Of a DNA stretch of 64,000 nt, positions 13,701-28,200 are shown piece by piece; positions within the stretch are counted from its first letter, which is position 1, and the number at the start of each line of letters is the position of its first letter. The position numbers and the translations under genes are program-made. The DNA is from Isurus oxyrinchus (taxonomy: Eukaryota): positions 4,154,001 to 4,218,000 of the forward strand of contig JANJGN010000034.1 of the NCBI GenBank assembly GCA_026770705.1, given 5' to 3'. A model generated the notes under the pieces. It did no database searches, had not been told where the DNA came from, and worked only from the letters and a program-made list of their open reading frames with translations.

Positions 13701-16700
13701 GACTTTAAATTTTAGGAGTACTTGGCCATTTCCTTTATACAATACAATTCATTTATTTCGATCCTGAAGTCAGAATTTCATTTGTTGTTCAGAGTTGTTA
13801 CTAAAGTTCTGATAAACATTCGGAAGAAATGGATGATGTTAAAAGCAAAATAATGCGAATGATGGAAGTATGAAACAAAAACAAGAAATGATCTAAAAAA
13901 GTAATGGGTCTTTATTCATATGCGGAGAAAGGAACTGAGTTAAACTTTCCGATCAACACGACTTTTAATCAGGGCATAGGATGACGCTATGAGAGCAAGC
14001 AAAGCCTTTATAATAAAATAAAATCAACACTATGTCTATACCAAACGCCGCACGCACATTAGTATTATATAACATGCCTTACTAAAGGGGGCACGATTTT
14101 TTACTGGCATTGTCGCTTGGCTAATAATCGAAATACCCTCTATAATGCTCTGGAAACATGATTTCGAATCCTGCCATGGCAATAGAAGAATTTGAATTCA
14201 ATAGAGGTTTGGAATTAAACATCTAATGATAGCCATTGAATCATTGTCAATTACGATAAAAAAAATCATCTGCTTCAATCATGTACTTAACTGGTCTGGC
14301 CGACATGTGGCTCCAGACGCACGACAATGCTGCAAGCACTACAATGTCCTCTGAACAAGGGCAATTAAGGCTGGGAAATAAATTCAGGCCTAGCCAGTGA
14401 TGCCCAGGATACATGAATCAATAAATTGAGTGAACAGGCAACTGGTGAGCGCCAGATTCTTCCAAACATATGTTTCGGTGTTCAAGAGTCTTCCCTTGGA
14501 ATTTCTGAAACAATGTTCTTGACGAGCCAAATCATTGTTACACTTGCATCAAGTGGCTTGAAGTTGTGTCTGCGAATGCCAGCTTGAAAAGTTATTGCCT
14601 CGGATCTCGACAAAGTAGCATGAAATATATTTTCTTTTTTGTCGGGACACTTGGATATTCACAAGTATACTGTTAAATTCTCACAGAACTGAGGATATTC
14701 CAGGAAGGTAAGGCATTAAAATTTATCACAGTGGTACATCTCATCACAGCAGCTTCCTGCGCTGTTTTCTGCTTTTGATGCTCTGGTAATTGTTGAATGG
14801 AAGGTAAACATGAAGAGAAATATATTTTTTTCAATGCTGTTCAAGTATTCAGAGCAAAAGAAGAGAGGAAAACATAAAAATAGGCCACATATCTCATTTA
14901 GTTTGCTTCATCACTTTTCATGATCCACATGCCCTTTAACTTTATGAGTAGTTGGCCTTCTCCTTTATAAGATATAATTCAAGTCTTTTGATCCTGAGAT
15001 CAGAATTTAATTTCCTGTTCAGAGAAATGTTATTAAAGTTCTGATAAACATTCGGAAGAAATGTTTGATATTGAAAACAAAATATGACGAATGATGGAAG
15101 TTTGAAACAAAAACAAGTAATGCTCGGAATACATAATAGGCCTGAAAGCATCTGCGGAGAAAGAAACTGAGTTAAACTTTACAGTCAGCACAACTCTTAA
15201 TCATGGCATTTGATGATGGTCAATATCTTGATGGATGATGCTATTACAGCAAGCAAAGCAATTATAATAAAATCTAAAACACCATTGACATATATCAAAT
15301 GCTGTACTAGCATGAACATGATGTAACATGCCTTCCTAAAGGGGAGGCATTGTGGAGTGGCAATGGAAGAATTTTAATTCAATAGAGGTCTGGAATTGCA
15401 AGTCTATTGATAGCCATTGAATCATTGTCGACTGCTGTAAAAACTCATCTGCTTCTATTATGTCCTTATGTGGTCTGGCCTACATGTGGCTCTAGCCACA
15501 CCGAAATGCTGGAATCTCCTAAATGTCCTCTGAACAAGGGTAATTAAGGATAGCAGATAAAATCTGGCCTAGCCAGTGACGCGCAGGTCACGTGAAGCAA
15601 TAAATTGAGTATTTAGGAAGCTGATGATCGCCAGATTCGTCAAAACATCTGTCTTGGTGTTGAAGATTTCTTCCTTGCAATTGCTGAAGCAACGTTCTTG
15701 ACGAGCCAAATCATTGTTAAAATGGCAGCAAATGGCTTGAACCTGTGCCTGCGAAAGCCAGCTTGACAAGTTATTGCCTGAGATCTGGACAAAGTAGCGC
15801 TGACAATTTTTTTTTTTTTGTTCGGGATTACCTGTAAATTCTCAAGTGTCATGTTAACTTCTCACAGAATTGACAACATGCCGGGAAGGTAAGACCATAA
15901 ATTTACCACAGCATAGCATCTCACCACAGCAGTTTCCCACTTTGTTTCCTGCTATCGATGTGGTCGTAATTGTTTAATGTAAGGTAAACATGAAGGAAAA
16001 TACATTTTTTAAATGTCTTTCAACTATTACAAGCTGAGGAAGGAAGGAAAAGGACAAAACAAGACACATATCTCATTTAATTCGCTTCATCGCTTTTCAA
16101 TATCCACCTGGCTTTTAATTTTATGAGTACTTGGACATCTCCTTTATAAGATACAATTCAAGTCTTTCGATCCAAAGGTGTAATTTCATTTCTTGTTCAG
16201 AGAATTGTTACTAAAGTTCTGAAAAACAATCAGAAGAAGTGGATGATATTAAAAGCAAAATACTACGAGTTATGGAAGTATGAAACGGAAAGAAGCAATG
16301 CTCGAAAAATGTAATAGGACTTAAAGCATCTGTGGAGAAAGAAACTGAGTTATATTTTCCGGTCAAAGCGACTCTTAATCAGGACAGTTGATGATGGTAT
16401 TTATCGTGAAGGATGACGCTATTGCAGCAAGCAAAGCCACTATAATAAATTCTAAACAACAGTTGGCCTATGCCAGACGCCGCACTGGCATAAATATGAT
16501 GTAACATGCCTTACTGAAGGGGAGGCGATGCTTTAATGGAATTCTCGCTGGTCTAATAATCTAAATACCCTCTGTAATTATCTGGGGACATGGATTCTAA
16601 TCCTGCCATGGCAATGTAAGAATTTCAATTCAGTAGAGATCTGGAATTGAAAGTCTAATGATAGCTATTGAATCATTGTCCATTGCTCTAGGAATTCATC

Positions 16701-19700
16701 TTGTTCAGACATGTTCTTTTCTGGTCTGGCCTATATGTGCCTCCAGACGCACGAAAATGCTTTAATCCCTTAAATGATTTCTGAACAAGGGCAACTAGGG
16801 CTGGGAAATAAATTCTGTCGTAGCCAATGATGCCCAGGTCACATGAAGAATTAAATTGAGTCACTAGTTAGCTGATGTTCGCCAGATTCTTCCAGACATC
16901 CGTCTTGGTGTTGATGATTCTTCCCTTGGAATTGCTGACACATTGTTCTGGACGAGCCAAATGATTGTTACATTTGCATCAATTGGCTTGAATCTTTTCC
17001 TACGAATGCCTGCTTGACAAGTTATTGCCTTAGATCTCATCAAAGTAGCGTTGAAATATATTTTTTTTTACCGGTATTACTTGCACATTCAAAAGTCTAC
17101 TGTTAATTTCTCACAGAACTGACAACATGCCAGGAAGGTAAGGCTGTAAACTTTTGTGTACATTTCCATTTAATTCATAATTCAGCAAGCCATACTGGTT
17201 TATTGAGAGAGAGAAAGAGGGAGATCGTATTAGTGAGATAGAGAATGAGAGAGAGAGATAGGGAGAACCTCACAGTGAGAGATCAAGTGGAGGAGATGTA
17301 TTATTGCCTAAACCAGCCTTTCCCCTTTTAGTGAAGTCACTTCAAGAACAATTTGACAATACGCAGCGTCACATCTCGCTAGACATGTACCCCATCATTG
17401 TTTCTGCTGAATATGTTATGGTATTTTTTCAATGGAAAATAAATGTGGAGAGAAATTTAATTCGCTTTTTTTCACCATTCAGAGTTAAAGCATAAGGGAG
17501 ATGGTAAGGACATAGTGGGTATTCGTTTATATATTGATTGCATAAATTCCGCTTGGCGAGCACACAATTTCAGGTTTTTAGAATGGTCACTTTGGCAAAA
17601 TTAATTTATCACAGTCATTAGTTTTTCTGTTGTTCAACAACTGAGTATTTCTAAAATTCAACTATGAAAAAATGGCCTTGCAATCAATGGGACACCCGCA
17701 AGAATGCCAGTTCGAGGGGGGAGGTTTTAATTTATGCTGTATGTAAAGAGAGTGCTGATAGCTTGTGAAATGGAGTTGCCAAGGCGAATGGACCACTGTT
17801 GGTGACTGGCAGTTAACTGTCAAGCATTGCCTGAAAATTAAATCAAGCAACTTGACCTTGACTGGGCAAGTCATTGCCCTGATTAATGCGTCCCGAAGTA
17901 TGTGCCCCTTAGTTGGTTCAAATGAAAATGAGGCAATGTATGTTCTTGATCTTTCTGTCTGCAAGTAACTTGGTCCAGTGTATTAATACATGTAACTTCA
18001 ACAGAAACCCAAGTGTTCCACAGAGGAAGGCTGCATCAAATTATTAATTTGGTTTTCCAGATAGTTAATAAAACAGTGAAGAATATTCAGCAATTGTTGT
18101 GGATTAGCAATATCCCAAATAATGTTGAACACTGTGTTTTAACCTTTGCTAGCATGGGCTGTTTGGGTACGGTCAGCACCCTGCCCTTTGTGAACAACGG
18201 TTGAGTCAATTTTTTTGACGCAATCCTCAAGTCTTTATGCCGTATTTCCTACATTCTAACATCACATTTGGCGTTGAAAATCATAAACTAGTTTCACCAT
18301 ATCTGAGACAGCCAGGTGATCTATTTGGCTTGAGGACAGCGCTCTGTTAGTGGCGAGTACCAATCGAGCTGGATATGCTTTGCAGCTGAGAGAAGTAGCT
18401 AGCTTAATTTCATGCTCAATTGTTTGGTATATCTTGACCGTCATGGGATTCAGATGTTGACTGATCACTTTGGAGGGCGTAAGTTGATGACCAAAGGCCC
18501 GTTCATGATTTTGTGTTATCTGATCAGACTCACCATTATTTTGCAGGGTGCATTTGATGTGCCTTTGTTTCACTATGGAACTTGCACAGTGGGCAAATTT
18601 CTCGTGCCATACTAACAGGTTTGACAATAAGACTAATGGTATAGCATCTGGATCTTTAAGATTCTCAGCACATACAATGAGAAATGTGTGTACGTTTGCA
18701 GCAGACAGTGTTAGAGGATCTCCTGGCGGATTTCTCAACTAATAAGTCCAGGAAGGGGAGTTTATCAGAATGATTAATTTCAAAGCAGTATTGAGGGCAA
18801 GATGAAACCCATTAAGATAGTAAGGAAATTGATACATACAACTGTGATTAAATATAGAAAATGTCAAAAAAGTGCTTGAAAATCGAACCAGCTAGTTTGC
18901 TACCCACTGGTCAAGGCATTGGCGTGAGGAATTCGTTAGCGGATGGTTACCTGAATCCGGCGCAATTTACTTACATGGCCTTTCTGTCCATTACGAACAG
19001 GGCCCTGTGTATTAATATGCTGTAGTTCCAAATAATTCAGATATTCCACAACGCGAGCCTGGCTGGCAATCTCAAATTGTTTGTGAGAATAATTTCTATC
19101 ACGTTGCTGATAATTCAGCAAATGTTGTCAAATCACGGAATCATATCAAAGATTGAACACTGTGTTTTAAGTCCTGCATGTAGTCTGTGCCATGCTCATT
19201 CCGAACTGTGGCTGGGGCAGTTTGTTTCTTACGATCAGCCAATTATTTGGAATTGCGACCCGCAAAATCTGGATCACACACCAAAAGAAATTCATTTACC
19301 ACCTAACCAATTTGTTTGATAGGCAAAACGCAGTTTTGGTTTGATTGCAGCATCCTGATATTAACGAATTCCAATCCACTTGCTGCTGCATAATAGCAGC
19401 GAGAAGCTCCTGTTGCTCAATGTTTTGAGATATCCAAGGGAATCTGACGTAGGATGGGAAAGTTTCAGGGCCTAACGTGAAGGCTTTATGGCCGTTCATA
19501 TGTTTGTGTGATATGCTGTGCGAAAAGACGTAAACAGCATAGATGTTATCTGCCCGATGTCTTCGTTTCACTTTATTTCAGCTTGGAAAGTGCAAGGTGT
19601 GCAAATGACACGTGCTCTATTTACAAGTATGCCGATAAGACCAATCCCATAGCGTGTGGAAATCAAAGGATCCAAATGCCCATACCAACTCGTGAAGATA

Positions 19701-22700
19701 GACTTGCAGTGAACAGTGGTAAAGAATCCACCGGCAGATTGCTCAGCTAATACTTCAATAAAGTGGAGTTAGTTTGGTTGCTCTATTTCAAAGGTGTGTT
19801 TGAGCGCAGGATGGGAACCATAACAGGAAGTAAGGATATTATGACGTTCCATTAAAAACACCTTTCTCATGGAGAACAACAAAGCTGTTTGCAAGATCTA
19901 GGATTAGATGGAACCCCACGGTAACAGCTTCCATTCGGGGATGCATGGTGTCAGTGTAAACAAAACTCAACTGCAGGAATTGTAGAGTTAATAATTTCAC
20001 AGAATACTGATTCACACAAAGGTGAAAGGACCGCATGGCCTTGATATAATGCTGCAGCGGTTTCCTTAAGTGGGACATTGATGAGAAGTCTAGCATTGCC
20101 AAATGAAAAATTGGCAGAACATTGCTTTCGATATGCAAGTCATTTATAGCCTTCGAAATGTCGAGGAGTCTATCAACTTGTGTGCAGGAATCTTGATCAA
20201 CAATGGTTGTTGAAGTTCGCCCAGGCATTTGCCAATTCATGTTTTGCACGACCTATCATAGCTAAAATAGGGATTAGAGGGACATCACTGTTTCCTGTCG
20301 AGGTCAGCTAAAATATACTTGGACATAGAGAACAGGGAGAATGAACATTTTCATGTATATTGCGTGGTAGCTGAGACCTGTCTCTTTTTTCTCTCCTAAA
20401 GCAAATGAGTAGGATTTTTTCTCCTCGTCAATAGCCAATGCAGGAAGTTGTCCTTCCAACTGTCAACCAATGACGGAGCTGACCGAGGTGAACGTGATAT
20501 AGTGCTGCATATCGTCAAGATAAATGCCAATGAAGAGCTTGTTTATTTATTTAAAATTTCTGAATACAAGATGGCTCCGATACGAGATTGGAGGAACTTA
20601 AGATCTGCGGATGCATGAAAGGTAAAGATGCATGTGTCATTTTTGCTCAAAATGGGTGGTAAAATCATTGGGTTTTGCCCAATACAGTTACAGCATAAGC
20701 ACGGCAATTTCAAGGAGGATTGTGCATTTCAGATGGAAAAGCGAGATTTTTTTGTTTCCAACATAATTTAATAATTAGTGGGTTTTTTTCAAGGAAGGGT
20801 CAAATATGATGCTAAATGAGATTAAATTCCACTCTGTGTTATAGCTTTGGAGCTCGTACAAAGGCAGGCTTCTGCTGGAGATACAAGAACACAATCTTTT
20901 TGGCATAGGGCATATGAAGTTGAAATCTATGTTTTTTGTTTCAAAGGGAGTGAAGAGTCATTATCTTCTTTGCTGATGCTGGCTGATTTGAGGCTACAGT
21001 ACATAATTTCAGAAAAAATAGCCATTATTAATACAACGACCCTCTGATGCTGGACGGGATATTGGACTGTCTGCAATGATAGGTAACAGGGGCATAGGGA
21101 AGGCAGTAAAACTTTTATAATGGAAACTGAGATTCTATAGCATGTCTCAAAACATAAAGTTCGTTGCGAAATGGATGCTCAGTGAAAGCTACATGAATTG
21201 GAGAGTAAGTACACAAGTAAGTCTTGGATCAAGCTTTATAATTAATGCTACATATGATGGAATTTTACAGTAATTATGAAACAGAAAACATCTTAGTGGA
21301 GACTCGACTCTTGCCACCAGTAGCATCTTGTCCTTCGGTTCGTTTTCCCCTTTCGAAATTCCAAAGGCATGTGGTACCAGAATGCAGGCGTCATACCAGT
21401 AAATCACAGTAATTACCAGAAAGAGAGATAATTCATCATCTCTGGCATTTGAGGAGTGCATGATTTCGCAACATACATACTCAGGGCAATGGTGCAAACA
21501 CAGTCATCATGGCTTTTGATGTCATGGAAATGCTCTCTCAGCTCGCACTTCAATGCAAATGTCACGTCTTTTAAACGCTAGAAAACCGATCCAATTGTGA
21601 GGAGATGATGTATGTTGTTCATTAAATTACTTATTTTGATCTACACACACCAGTTGAAACAGTTATTTCAAATGATCCCATAAAAATCTTTTCTCGTGTA
21701 AGTTGACACATATTTGCTTAAAAGACATGAAGTCCAGTTTGTTATGGCAGCAGTGTAGGGCTAATAGCATAGCTAATTCAAAATCCTATAACGTGAAGAA
21801 AGTGCGCTAGTCCTAAATCTACATTGCCCCCCGATGAATTACACGAACTTTCGAATCAACATTTCTCGGTTTTAAGTAAGATATTCCAGTACTCAAATTT
21901 CATTTATCTCATTTCAAGTTTCTCTTCGATGATCACATCATTTAATTGTTTGAGACATTTTGCTTCTAATTTCTACCTTACATTTGAAATGTGCCGATAT
22001 TGAACTCGGGATTTAATTTGTTGATAACCAAATCTCCCAAAAACTTCAAAAGTCCATTTATCACTCTTCTTTCGAAGCATTGGTAACTAACAATATAGTC
22101 AATCATTTGACTGTCCACACAAAAGTAACAGGAGCTGATTTAATGCTAGGTGTTGCCTTATTAAACAAATGAATCATGTGCCGAAGATTTAGGTTATTAT
22201 GAGTATCATTTGGAAAACGTTGATATTGTTTATCCTGGTTTTTGATCATATAACAGCAAATAACGCCACTCTAACGAATCACTACCAACCTTTGATATAT
22301 ATAAAAAGCTGCATTAGGAGAAATATAATTAAAAATACTTTTCCACTGTAATCAAAAGGCAGCAGCTTCTGCAGATCCTCCCAACTAACTGTCAAGTTGT
22401 TAAAGTCTCCTGCCTTTGAAAGCCTTTTGCTGGAATATTGTCGGTAAGGAAACAAAACATTGTTTTGTCTGCACTAGATGGCTTGAGGTTGGGTTTGCCA
22501 ATGACAGTTAGACATGAGATTACCTACTATCTCGATTAAGTAGATTTGAGATATTGTGTGCTGACAGCTTGAGTTGAATACTCACAAATATATTGAAAAC
22601 GTTCGCATAACTGGCAAAAAATTCTGTTAGCTTTTCTGTGAAACTTAGTTTTGAGCAAGCCGTCTGTTATAATTCTGAGAGTGAGAGACAGAGGGAAAGA

Positions 22701-25199
22701 AAGGTTGGAAGGGACAAAGATAGGGAGTGCAAGAGATACGCAGAGATGGATAGTGACTGGAAGACAGGAAGAGAGAAAGAAAAGTGTTCCACGCTGTGAA
22801 GAACCATACTGAAGACGAATGCGATTAACATTCCTTGACTACAGGCTTGTAGCGAAACAATTTCATGAAATAACTTTGACAAATGAAGGTGACAACTCGC
22901 CAAAACATTCACCCACGTTAGTTTCTGCTGTGGTTATTGTTAAATCGAAAATAAATGTGGGGGCGGGGTTTTGTAACTCATTTTCAGCGTTTAGAACTAA
23001 AGAGAAAGGAAGACGTGAAGTACTTAACAGATTTTATTTTGTTTTGTTTCATTACACATGCATAAAAGGAGCAATCTTTTGCAAGGCTATGTATTGGTCA
23101 CATTGAAGAATGAAACTGCAGTGTAGGGAATTGTGTTTCTGTCGGGTGAGAAAGACAACTCGTGTTTACTTCATGTTGCCTAATTGGAGGAGATATCTGC
23201 AGGTCAATGTCGTATGTAGGAAAGTATTCGCCCATCTGATAAACAATTGACGACACAGAAGGAGGTTGCCAAGATGTACGAATGTATATCGAGAGGAAAA
23301 TTGTGGAGAAGTAACTGCCAGTTTGTCAAACAGCTCTGAAGATTTGCTGTTAACAAGGAGCTGGAAATCCAGTGTGTTCCCTTTCCTTCATGACACTGGC
23401 TCATTTGAGGGAAATGTCACTAAACTTGAGATAACATAGCGATTTAAAAACAACACAAGTCCAAACCTCGAAGGCATATTGGATGACAGGTGATTATCCG
23501 GGACTTGGTAATTAGGATGACACTCAATCTTTTGTAATGGAAAATTACGTCACATTGCAAGTCTCAAAACAATTCATTATAAATCTACTTTTAATGCGAA
23601 ATGGATGCACAGCAAGAGCTATTGATTCAGAGAAGATGGACGCCAGTCATTCTTGCATCAAAATTTAGACTGTACGATAGCAGCAATAGGGCTCAAGAGA
23701 AATTGTGAAACATAAATCTTCTGAATGGAAAAGGGACTTCAACCAGCGTAGTTCTATGCTCCTGAGCTTGTGCACGTTCTCTCCGAAATTTCAAAGCCAT
23801 GTGGTTCGGGCACGTAGGCGTCATACCAGGAATGCACATGAATTACGAAAATGCCAGAGAATGATGAAGCTTGAAAACAGGCATCTAAGATATGCTACTT
23901 GAGCAGTGATAGATATATCATCTTTATAAAAAATAGCAACATCCAAATTCAGGGCCTTCTAGAGAATAGCAATCATTAGACATATCTGATCTCTTGGAAA
24001 AGCTCCCACTGTTATCGTTTGAAAAACAAAGGACGGATATATAAGAAACTGTTGAAATTCCAGATGCGACGTTATGATGTATGCTGTTAATCAACGTAGT
24101 TATTTGATCTACACACACCAGTTGAAAGAACCATTTGAAAATGTGCCACAATGCTTTTTTCTCCGTGTACAACGAAAAGTATTTCTTTGGGAAGCATTTA
24201 CTTTAATTTAATACAGTGGGATTATAAGGGCTCATTGCTTAAGTATAGCAAAGGTGCAGAATATGAACGGAGTGAACTAGTCAAACAGCAATATTTGCCC
24301 CCGCTGAACTACACTGACCGTATATTCAAAATATCTTGATTTTACTTAAGGCACCCAAGATACCAAACCTCATTTAATGCTTTAGCACTCCATAAGGTCA
24401 TACCACATTTTAAACTCGTCATCTGTTGGCCATTTCATTTCTAACGAATAAATCAATTCTCCTGATCTTGAAGTTTGTATTTCATTCGAGGATTTTAGAA
24501 TTTCTCGAAATGTTCTCCAATACCCACGTGTCATGCAGCATTCGAAATATCAACAACTAATAACATAGCAATGCATTATCATTTGCACAAACATAGCACT
24601 CGCTGACTCGAATAGAGATGTTTGAAAGAATTTGGGAAGATCCATTTTATTGCAATTAAAGTTTGCAAGCTGATGTTGAATAAATTTAATTGATTCTTTA
24701 GAGCAAATAACGCCACTCTGTCAGAATGTTTCCAAAGTTTGAAATATATCAAACACTCCATTAGAAGAAAAATGATATAATATATATTGCTAGATTGTTC
24801 AAAAGTCTGGTGATTCCCCATTTCCCTTCCAAATAACTGCGATGCTTTTGAGCTTCCATGCCCTTGTAACGTTTCTGACAGAAATATTGTTCTTGAAGAG
24901 CCAAATCGTTGTTTTCTCCGTAATAAATGGCTTCAAGCTGTATCTGTGAATATCAGGTTGACATGAAGTGGCCTGAATTATCGGCAAAGTGGAGTTGAGA
25001 TATGTTGATTTGGATATTCACAAGCATCGTTTTAACTCTAACATAATTGATAAAATGCCAGGAAAGTAATGCAGTAAATTCGTGTCTGCAGTTCTAAGCA
25101 ATTGCCCTTTCAGCATGCCACATGTTGTTATTTAGAGAGAGGAAGAGATTGTTAGAAAGAAAAAGAAAGAAAGAGTGTGAGAGAGAGACAGAGAGAGAT

Positions 25200-25234
<35 letters not shown>

Positions 25235-28200
25235 TAGCGATATTCGCAGTGAAGGACAACGGAAAGATAGATGTGATTGCCAGTACTGGCCTCCTGCTTT
25301 TTAATGGAGTCTTTTAATGAACAATGTGACAAAGCGCCGTCCTTCATTTTATCAGATCAGTGTCCAGCATTTGTTTCTGCTGTCGTTGCTCTTGCCATTC
25401 CTAAATCCAAAGTAGATGTGGAGGAAAATATTTTTTTGTGTCTTTTTCAATAATTCAGAGCTAAAGACGAAGGAAGAAGGTAAGGATAAAATAGGTTCTT
25501 TCATTATAATAATTGCATAACTGACGATTAGCGAGCAGCCTCTATCAAGTGTAGGAAACTGTCTCATTGATGAATTACATTCCAGTATCTGCAATGATGT
25601 TTGTGTCGGGGTTCAAAAGCAATGCTTTTCAGTTCATAATAACTAATCAGAGATAATTTCTGCTCGTGAATATCCGGCATAGGATAGTATTCGCCCAATT
25701 GAGGGGCAATACCTAAAAAGAGAAATGTGTACATGATGTCGAGCTGTGAGTCATCAACAGAAAAAATGGAGAATTGACTGTTAAATTTACAGCATTTCCG
25801 ATTAGCAGAGCGTAAATCAAATATGGGATTGCAACAAGTTTCGATATCTGGGTGCATCGGAGGTACAGCGTCATGAAGTTGAAGAAGAAGCAATGTTTGC
25901 GTCGTTTTTGCTACAACTGGTTGGTAAAAAAAACTGGCTGGCTTAATTTATTCTCGAGGGTATTGAAAAAGATTTCAAGAGGACCATCTCTTTAAAAAAG
26001 GGAGCGAGAGATTTGTGTTTTTCTGCGCTATTTCTAAATAATGTAATTCTCTGTAACTTCTTCAAGTAGGCTTTCAATATGATTGTAAATGACATAAAAT
26101 GATAGTTGGACTCCTTAAAGTTCTTAGGAAGGCAGATTTTGATTGGAGACGCAACAACAGTTTTTGGTTAAATACGGCAGATGGTGTTGAAATACCTAAT
26201 GCTTTTTAAAAGGTGGTGAGTGATCAAGCAAATGTTCTTGTTGGTGATGGTGCTTCATTTCACGAGATAAGATAGCAATTAATAATGCAACAAATGGCCG
26301 ATTCTGGGCAGCAAATTGGACGTTCTGCAATAAAATGTGATAGCGATGTTGGGATGGCGTTCAATCTTCTTTAATGGAAATGTTGATCCTATTTTCCTAT
26401 TCTGCGAAAAAATGAATAAAAATCAACATTTTGGGGAAATGGATAATATGGGCTACAGGACATGAAGTTTATTCACGCCAGTCAACATTCTATTAAAATT
26501 TAGATTTTATGCTACCAGTAATGCACTTGAACTGAGGTTGTGAAACAGAAAATGCCTAAGTGGAAGCTAGTCCCCGTTGTGCTTCAGATTATCTGGGATC
26601 ACTCCACTGTTCCAAATGCTCGTGATTCAGGACTGCATTGTGTGATACCGAAATGCAAATAAATAACTAGAAACACATGAAATACAACATTTGCAATACA
26701 TGTATTTCGGGTGCGCAGTTTGAGCAGTGCTTAATTTATCACCTTCAAAATTCAGGGAAATCTAGGGAACAGCAGTTATCAGGACTTTTGATCTCTAGGA
26801 AATGGTCCCACTTCTTTCATTTAAAAACCAGAGGACACAGATATAAGAAACTGATGAAAATCCTGGTGCGAGTGGATTATCTTGCTGTTTATTTAATTAG
26901 CTTTTCAGATCAGCCCACACAAATTTAAAACGCTGTTTCATATTATGCCATTTTTTTCACGATTGCAGCAAGAAATATTGATTGGTTTGCGTGCAGTCTA
27001 CCATGATATAACTGCTGTTCAGGGTTTATTGCATAACGATAGCAAACTCCAAGATTATGGTGGAGTCAGCTACGTCTACATGTAGATTTGCACACCAGTA
27101 CCCAACATCCCGCATTACACTGACTGAGATTCATAATGTTTTGATATTTTGCATCTCAAATCCCATTTCATGCGCTTCAGCGGTCTTTAAGATTGTCCTA
27201 CATTTAAACATCTGAACACATGATCCTTCCCTTTCTAGCCGAATTTTCTAATTCAATTAGTCCGATTTTCAAGTCGGGATTTCAGTTGATGATCAAAGGA
27301 CATGTAAAAAGATGGAAAATTTACATGTATCATTCTTTATTGGGAAGATATATAACCAGTATTATTGCAAAACATGTGATGATCTGCACAGATATAGCTA
27401 TGGTTTGACTTAATTTGAAATATTGATGATAGCACGCCCTGAATGCAGCTTCAGAAGTTGCCCCTTACAATGAACAAGTTTGAAAACAAGTTAATGTCGT
27501 TATTTTTCTTGGTGTATGATTCTCCAACGGCAAACAACACCACCCTCTGCAGTATTTCTATGATTCGAAATACATGAAAAGTGCATTAAGATACTTATAT
27601 TGCTGTATACTTTACTAAGGTGCTCAAAAGGCTTATATTCTCCACATTCTTCCAACCAACGGTCAATTGTTTGAAGTTTCCTGACCTTTAAAACTTTTTG
27701 GCTGAAACATTGTCCTTGAAGAGGTAAATTATTTCATCACCTTAATCAAATGGCTTGAAGATGTGACTGAATGTGAGCTTGACCTTGCATGGCCTAACAT
27801 CCACTCATGGTAGAGTTGAAGCATGGTTACGTTGTGAAGTTCATTTGGATAAACAGAATTTTACATTTATCTCTCACAGAACTGACAAAGTGCCAGCAGG
27901 GTAAGGCCATAATTTTATGATTGCATTTCTGTTTAACTGATCTTTCAGTAAGCTGCATGGTAGTATTGAGAGATAGAGAGATAAAGTAGAGAGGGGGTGG
28001 AGCTTAGAGAAAGCGGGAGAGGGAGAGAGGCGGAGACAGATAGACAGACAGACAGGTAAAGTGTTACAGCAATTGAGATGCAGGGCGAGAAAGTATCTAG
28101 GAGATCCTCACAGTGTATGATCACGCTTATGAAGCATTTCACTGCCACTGCTTGTTTATTGGCTTTTAGCGAAATCTCTTCAAGAACAATGTGACAAAAT

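Larger units (their letters stand above)
12599..16380. mobile_element. Four duplicated Penelope terminal fragments (12599-12722, 13841-13968, 15073-15200, 16251-16380)
   Basis: aaaagcaaaatact..tggaagtatgaaac..gcatctgtggagaaagaaactgagttaaacttt, similar to 48142-48275. Confidence 0.7.
12075..17150 (+). repeat. Younger tandem sub-array, ~1.2 kb period, four full units and five type A exons
   Basis: Exon-to-exon spacing is 1247, 1227, 1181 and 1249 bp. Each unit has a dead type B exon, a Penelope-end fragment, a SINE and a type A exon. Confidence 0.95.
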
